Of a stretch of 40,511 bases of DNA, positions 36,616 through 40,511 are shown piece after piece (position 1 is the stretch's first letter; each line of letters begins with the position of its first letter). Both the position numbers and the translations under genes were made by a program. The notes under the pieces were generated by a model. The model was not told where the DNA came from, did not search any database, and saw only the letters and a program-made list of their open reading frames with translations. Source of the DNA: Candidatus Micrarchaeota archaeon. GTDB taxonomy: Archaea > Micrarchaeota > Micrarchaeia > Anstonellales > Bilamarchaeaceae. Where the stretch lies: positions 1-40,511 of the forward strand of contig JBGFRY010000030.1 in NCBI GenBank assembly GCA_041694845.1, given 5' to 3'.

Positions 36616-37251
36616 CTATCGTTTAGTTTTTGCTTTTCTTTTTTGTTCTTCTCTTTTAGATTCATCTGCTTCTTTTTCTTTGTTGCATTTTCCAAAAAGC
36701 TCTTCATAAATCTTTTTGCGGAATGCGTCCTGCTGCAATTTGAATATTGCTTCTACAGACATATCTACTCTTACTTTTCTATCAGAACTTTCAACTATTA
36801 GACCACCAAATGCATCTAAATCTTCTACGATCTCCCCATCAAACGAGCTTAAATTCTTCTTATCGCCTTTTGCAATATAGACTATGACGTTTTTACCGCC
36901 AATCTCTTCAAGTGCATTGTTCAAACACCGCTGTAAGAATTCTGGATATTTTTTATGTTGTCTGATGTCCTTTAGCATAGAAAAAATTTCTTCTATTGCA
37001 ATTTTTATCGCATCCTCTCGTGCTTCAGATATCAAACGTTTTCCCTCAAGTCGAGCCCATGCAATTCTTTCTTTTTTTTGTTCTCTCAAAAGTTTTGCTA
37101 TTTCCTTATCTGCTTCATGCATCAACTCTGCTTTTTTTGTTCTTTCTTCAGAGAGCATCTTTTCTACATGCCACTCAGCAGTTCGTACTATATCTTCTAC
37201 TTCCTTCTTTGCATCTCCCAACAGAGAGGATATTAGTTTTTCAACTCCCAT
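36616..37251 (-). CDS. atpE: A-type ATP synthase subunit E (with Lys/Glu-rich C-terminal tail)
   Basis: N-terminal long helix (MGVEKLISSLLGDAKKEVEDIV...) plus globular C-terminal domain. Operon position fits. Confidence 0.8.
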   Translation of the reverse strand: MGVEKLISSLLGDAKKEVEDIVRTAEWHVEKMLSEERTKKAELMHEADKEIAKLLREQKKERIAWARLEGKRLISEAREDAIKIAIEEIFSMLKDIRQHKKYPEFLQRCLNNALEEIGGKNVIVYIAKGDKKNLSSFDGEIVEDLDAFGGLIVESSDRKVRVDMSVEAIFKLQQDAFRKKIYEELFGKCNKEKEADESKREEQKRKAKTKR

Positions 37252-37317
37252 ATAAAAAAACTCACCTATATAAGGCTAGTTGGCAGGGGACGTAACCCCA
37301 AATCAACTTATCTAAAT

Positions 37318-37581
37318 TCAATGAGTGCTTCCACCCATGAATATTATTAACATCAACGCTGTTACAAAGCCTAATAGTGCAAGGATCTCTGGCAGCACAA
37401 GCCATATAAGAACGTTTTTCTCCATCTCAGGCCTTTCTGCCACTAATCCCATGATAGCTGAACCCAAAGCTCCTTGGGACCATGCTGCTGCAAAAGCGCT
37501 CAATCCTATTGCAATTCCTGCACCGATTGCAATTGCTGCACTAGTCGTAATCCCACCCGTTGCTGCTGTTTCTGTTGCCAT
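37318..37581 (-). CDS. atpK: A-type ATP synthase proteolipid subunit K (single hairpin)
   Basis: 87 aa with two TM helices. The Gly/Ala-rich helix 1 contains WSQG. Helix 2 is LVLPEILALLGF with the carboxylate Glu. There is no Ser/Thr after the Glu, which argues weakly for H+ rather than Na+ coupling. Confidence 0.9.
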   Translation of the reverse strand: MATETAATGGITTSAAIAIGAGIAIGLSAFAAAWSQGALGSAIMGLVAERPEMEKNVLIWLVLPEILALLGFVTALMLIIFMGGSTH

Positions 37582-37638
37582 ATTTAATTCACCTCAAATT
37601 TTTCATTTTTTCTTTCTTTTATATTATATTTTTAATCT

Positions 37639-39549
37639 TTACTTTACTGAAAATGGTTTGAAAATTTTCCCGCCACCATGCAAAAATTTTGATCTGAATT
37701 CAACAATATTGAGACGTCCTCCTTGTATTAATGCCTCAATCATTACAATTAATGTGTTAATAACATGAAGAATAATAAATATCGGAATTAATAAAATCGC
37801 AAATATGCCATAAGATGGCATTGGAACAAGGAGCATGTTTATTACCTCGGCTAGCATAACGCCTACTACGCCGACTGCTGCAATTCGTGTATATGATAAT
37901 GCATTTCCCATCAACCCAGGTACTTCTAGTATCCCAACAAAACCTTCTGTAAGAACCAAGCCAATAAGAGATAATACCAACAATGCAATACCTACAGTGC
38001 CTATTACTGATGGAAGTGCTCCTACGAAACCAGCTATCGCAAATGTCCCACCTATTTCTGTGCCTAACCATGCAAGCTTTCCATAAGCATGTTTTCTATT
38101 ATGGTTCCATTCATTATACGCTGCGATTATAAACCCGAGAGCGAGATGAAATAATCCAACAACAATAGTTATAACTAACAGAGTAGTAAATTCAAAAACG
38201 CGATGCAATCCCTTATATAATGCTCCATGAACACCGATTGCTTCTAATGAAATACCCCATTTCTCAAAAATCTTAAACCAATAGGCATGCGGTACGCCAA
38301 ACCATTCATCGAAAACTAATCCAAAAAATATTGCAAAACATGCTGAAAAATACCAAATCTTTGCTGCATTCACAAGCATTTCGTTCTTAAAATTGTTCAT
38401 AAACCACTTAGCTAAAAAGATGGAAATCAATCCATATATAACATCGCCAACTATCATCCCGTAAAATAATGGCAGCGTTATAAAATATATCATTGTTGGG
38501 TCAAGTTCACGAGAATTCGGAAAAGAAAATGATTCTGTAATATATTGGAATTGGCTCGCGTATTTTGGGTTATCTAAAACTGTTGGCGCAATTTCATGAT
38601 GCTCTGTTTCAACACTTTCTATTATAGTATCTGGTGTACTTCCAACAATTCTTTCAAGTTCTTCAAGATTCTTTGATTTAACCCAACCTTCAATAATAAA
38701 AGCACTTTTTGTGAAATTAAACCTGCTAGTGATCTCTGCACGCTCTGCTTCAATGTTGATTAGTTTTTCAAGCGCAAGGATTTTTTTGTAATGTTGTTTT
38801 GAAAAAGAATTTAGTGTAGCATTTATCTCCTTCTGTCTTTTCTCGCTATTTTCCAATTCATGGCGTAGTTTATCCATCGTATGCTTTGGATATGTAACCC
38901 AAACAGGTACTTGAATCCTAGAAAATCTAAGGTCAGATAGTAATTCACTAATATCATAATTCCCTTTTTTATATATTAAAAGACAGCGTATTTTCTCCTT
39001 TTTGTTCTTTTTATCTTCTTCAATACGTATATTGTAATTTTCAACAATTTTATCAAGTTTTTTTCTACATTCATCTACTTTTGCAGTTGTGATATCACCA
39101 ACAATGTAGGATATCATTCGTGTCTCAAGTTGTGAGAAATCAATATCATCAAAAACAGTCAATTCTTCAACTATATGCAACTCATTTTTCAATCTTAATA
39201 TTTCAGATTTTATATTGACATTCTCTTCAGTTAGTCCTTTAAGCTCTCTTTCTAATTTTTCGAGCTCGATTTCTTCCTTTCTTATATCATAAGATGTTGG
39301 TGGGTTTGACCAGTCTTCTGCTTGCTTGATCATCATCGCTTTTACTGCACGAAGACGTACCAGTTTCTCTGACAATGCATTAAATACTTCCAACGGTCGT
39401 CCTTGTTCCAACCCACTGGCACTATAATCAATTACTTTTATCTCAATCAAGCCAGCTTCATGCAATTCTTTTATTAATGGTGATAAAATGCTCTTTAGTC
39501 CTATTATTCTAATTTTTTGCATTTTTATTGGTTTAAGCATATAAATCAC
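37639..39549 (-). CDS. atpI: A-type ATP synthase subunit I (stator a-subunit)
   Basis: Cytoplasmic coiled-coil N-half plus polytopic C-half with the conserved LSYTRIAAVG Arg motif. The true start may be ATG 39540 (MLKPIKMQKIRIIG). Confidence 0.92.
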   Translation of the reverse strand: MIYMLKPIKMQKIRIIGLKSILSPLIKELHEAGLIEIKVIDYSASGLEQGRPLEVFNALSEKLVRLRAVKAMMIKQAEDWSNPPTSYDIRKEEIELEKLERELKGLTEENVNIKSEILRLKNELHIVEELTVFDDIDFSQLETRMISYIVGDITTAKVDECRKKLDKIVENYNIRIEEDKKNKKEKIRCLLIYKKGNYDISELLSDLRFSRIQVPVWVTYPKHTMDKLRHELENSEKRQKEINATLNSFSKQHYKKILALEKLINIEAERAEITSRFNFTKSAFIIEGWVKSKNLEELERIVGSTPDTIIESVETEHHEIAPTVLDNPKYASQFQYITESFSFPNSRELDPTMIYFITLPLFYGMIVGDVIYGLISIFLAKWFMNNFKNEMLVNAAKIWYFSACFAIFFGLVFDEWFGVPHAYWFKIFEKWGISLEAIGVHGALYKGLHRVFEFTTLLVITIVVGLFHLALGFIIAAYNEWNHNRKHAYGKLAWLGTEIGGTFAIAGFVGALPSVIGTVGIALLVLSLIGLVLTEGFVGILEVPGLMGNALSYTRIAAVGVVGVMLAEVINMLLVPMPSYGIFAILLIPIFIILHVINTLIVMIEALIQGGRLNIVEFRSKFLHGGGKIFKPFSVK

Positions 39550-39565
39550 AAAGATATTAATAAAA

Positions 39566-39904
39566 CTATTTAGTAGTAAGAAATTCTTCCAAAAAAACTC
39601 CTAGTGTTTTTTTATCAATTACTATACTTTTTATTTTGTCACCTTCGCTTTTTGCCTTGTTGATAATATCCTTTACTTCATCTTCTATTTCTTCACTCCC
39701 AGCATGAAGCTTTTCATTCTTAAATTCTATAACTGCTTGTTCATTTTCACTTTTAATTCTTAATACGATTTCCTTTGCTTTTTTTAATATTTGATCAGAT
39801 TTTGTTTTTGCCTCTGATTTCATTTCCTCTGCTTGTTTTTCAGCTACTCTTACCTCTTCTATGGTTTTCATAAAATCAGATTTTAATTCATCCATGTTAA
39901 TCAC
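39566..39904 (-). CDS. atpH: A-type ATP synthase subunit H
   Basis: 112-aa Lys/Glu-rich coiled coil, first gene of the atpHIKECFABD operon. Confidence 0.7.
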   Translation of the reverse strand: MINMDELKSDFMKTIEEVRVAEKQAEEMKSEAKTKSDQILKKAKEIVLRIKSENEQAVIEFKNEKLHAGSEEIEDEVKDIINKAKSEGDKIKSIVIDKKTLGVFLEEFLTTK

Positions 39905-40074
39905 AATTTATTTCAGTAATTTCAAACGTTTATATGAAATTATCTTAGTAACATCTAAGTTCTAAGAAACTTCAAAAAAGTATTTTTATATGATATAAAA
40001 ATGTTTAAAAATCCTTGTTGTAATGGAACTTCTATTGCAACAATCAGAAACTGGTTTTGTTTTAAGGTGATTTT

Positions 40075-40511
40075 ATAGGAGCATACAAATATATCAAAGA
40101 GGCTTTTCAGAGAGAATATGCTAGGAGAGGGCCTACGTACCGTCATCGCTTAGTTGGGTGGGCAAATGAACAAACGATTTTACGGATAGATAAACCAACA
40201 AATCTTTCCAGAGCAAGAACTCTTGGCTATAAAGCAAAGCCTGGGTATGTTATTGTAAGAGTTCGCGTTGGTCGTGGAAAAAGAAAACGAAGGCATATGA
40301 TGGGCGGGAGAAAATCAAAAAGTCGCTATCTTTATGTACAACCGCAGCTTTCATATAGAATAATTGCAGAGCAGAAAGCAAACAGAAAATTCAAGAATTT
40401 AGAGGTATTAAACGCATATTGGGTTGGGGAAACTGGAACCAATAAATATTTTGAAGTAATCCTTGTTGATCCAACTAAAGTAGATATACCAGCTGCAAAG
40501 CGAAAAGGCCG
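40075..40511 (+). CDS. rpl15e: 50S ribosomal protein L15e (3'-truncated by window end; non-canonical start)
   Basis: Hand translation gives (I/M)GAYKYIKEAFQREYARRGPTYRHRLVGWANEQTILRIDKPTNLSRARTLGYKAKPGYVIVRVRVGRGKRKRR...LNAYWVGETGTNKYFEVILVDP, an unmistakable L15e. The frame opens after TAA at 40063-40065. GGTGA at 40066-40070 precedes ATA 40075. No in-frame ATG/GTG/TTG lies before the conserved GAYKYI. Confidence 0.85.
   Translation, partial: MGAYKYIKEAFQREYARRGPTYRHRLVGWANEQTILRIDKPTNLSRARTLGYKAKPGYVIVRVRVGRGKRKRRHMMGGRKSKSRYLYVQPQLSYRIIAEQKANRKFKNLEVLNAYWVGETGTNKYFEVILVDPTKVDIPAAKRKG

Noticed and set aside
36198-38086. ORFs antisense or alternative-frame to atpC, atpE, atpK and atpI (for example 36884-37255, 37325-37768, 37757-38071)
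   Set aside because: Shadow ORFs of well-supported genes, with no independent motif and implausible composition.
39955-40146. 63-aa minus-strand ORF between atpH and rpl15e
   Set aside because: It overlaps the rpl15e 5' end and the divergent promoter, with no motif. The L15e frame on the plus strand explains the coding potential.
1-40511. CRISPR arrays, rRNA genes, transposases/IS elements, toxin-antitoxin pairs
   Set aside because: No regularly spaced direct repeats, no rRNA-like conserved stretches and no transposase- or integrase-like ORFs were found on either strand.

Overview
AT-rich, densely coding archaeal chromosome segment. The gene set points to a small-genome, DPANN-like archaeon: L24e, L15e, a complete A1Ao ATP synthase operon (atpHIKECFABD), Elp3, Sua5, ScpB, a short archaeal PurA, and a tRNA with a non-canonical intron. 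Housekeeping genes occupy both flanks (1-8.1 kb and 25-40.5 kb). The centre (about 8.1-22.7 kb, possibly to 25.1 kb) is the unusual part. A PadR-family regulator is transcribed divergently from a translationally coupled operon. That operon encodes six mutually similar polytopic membrane proteins from a family I cannot assign to any named family. They are followed by a 1,198-aa cysteine-rich predicted lipoprotein, a 1,073-aa bitopic protein with a long helical cytoplasmic region, a triple zinc-ribbon protein and a GNAT-like protein. A convergent gene encodes an exported, membrane-anchored Lon-type (S16) peptidase. Thiol-disulfide enzymes (a two-CXXC PDO-like protein and a membrane-anchored DsbA-like protein) sit in the same window, which fits heavy disulfide use in the exported proteins. 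I propose this locus as a candidate undescribed cell-envelope or cell-contact membrane complex. Function is inference only. Smaller oddities: a tRNA-Glu(CUC) with a roughly 54-nt intron in the T-loop; a degenerate copy of that tRNA's 3' part on the other side of a lone DUF4143-type ATPase gene; a 65-nt tandem duplication of the rpl24e promoter/leader; and an rpl15e gene with no canonical start codon. No CRISPR array, rRNA, transposase or integrase was seen.
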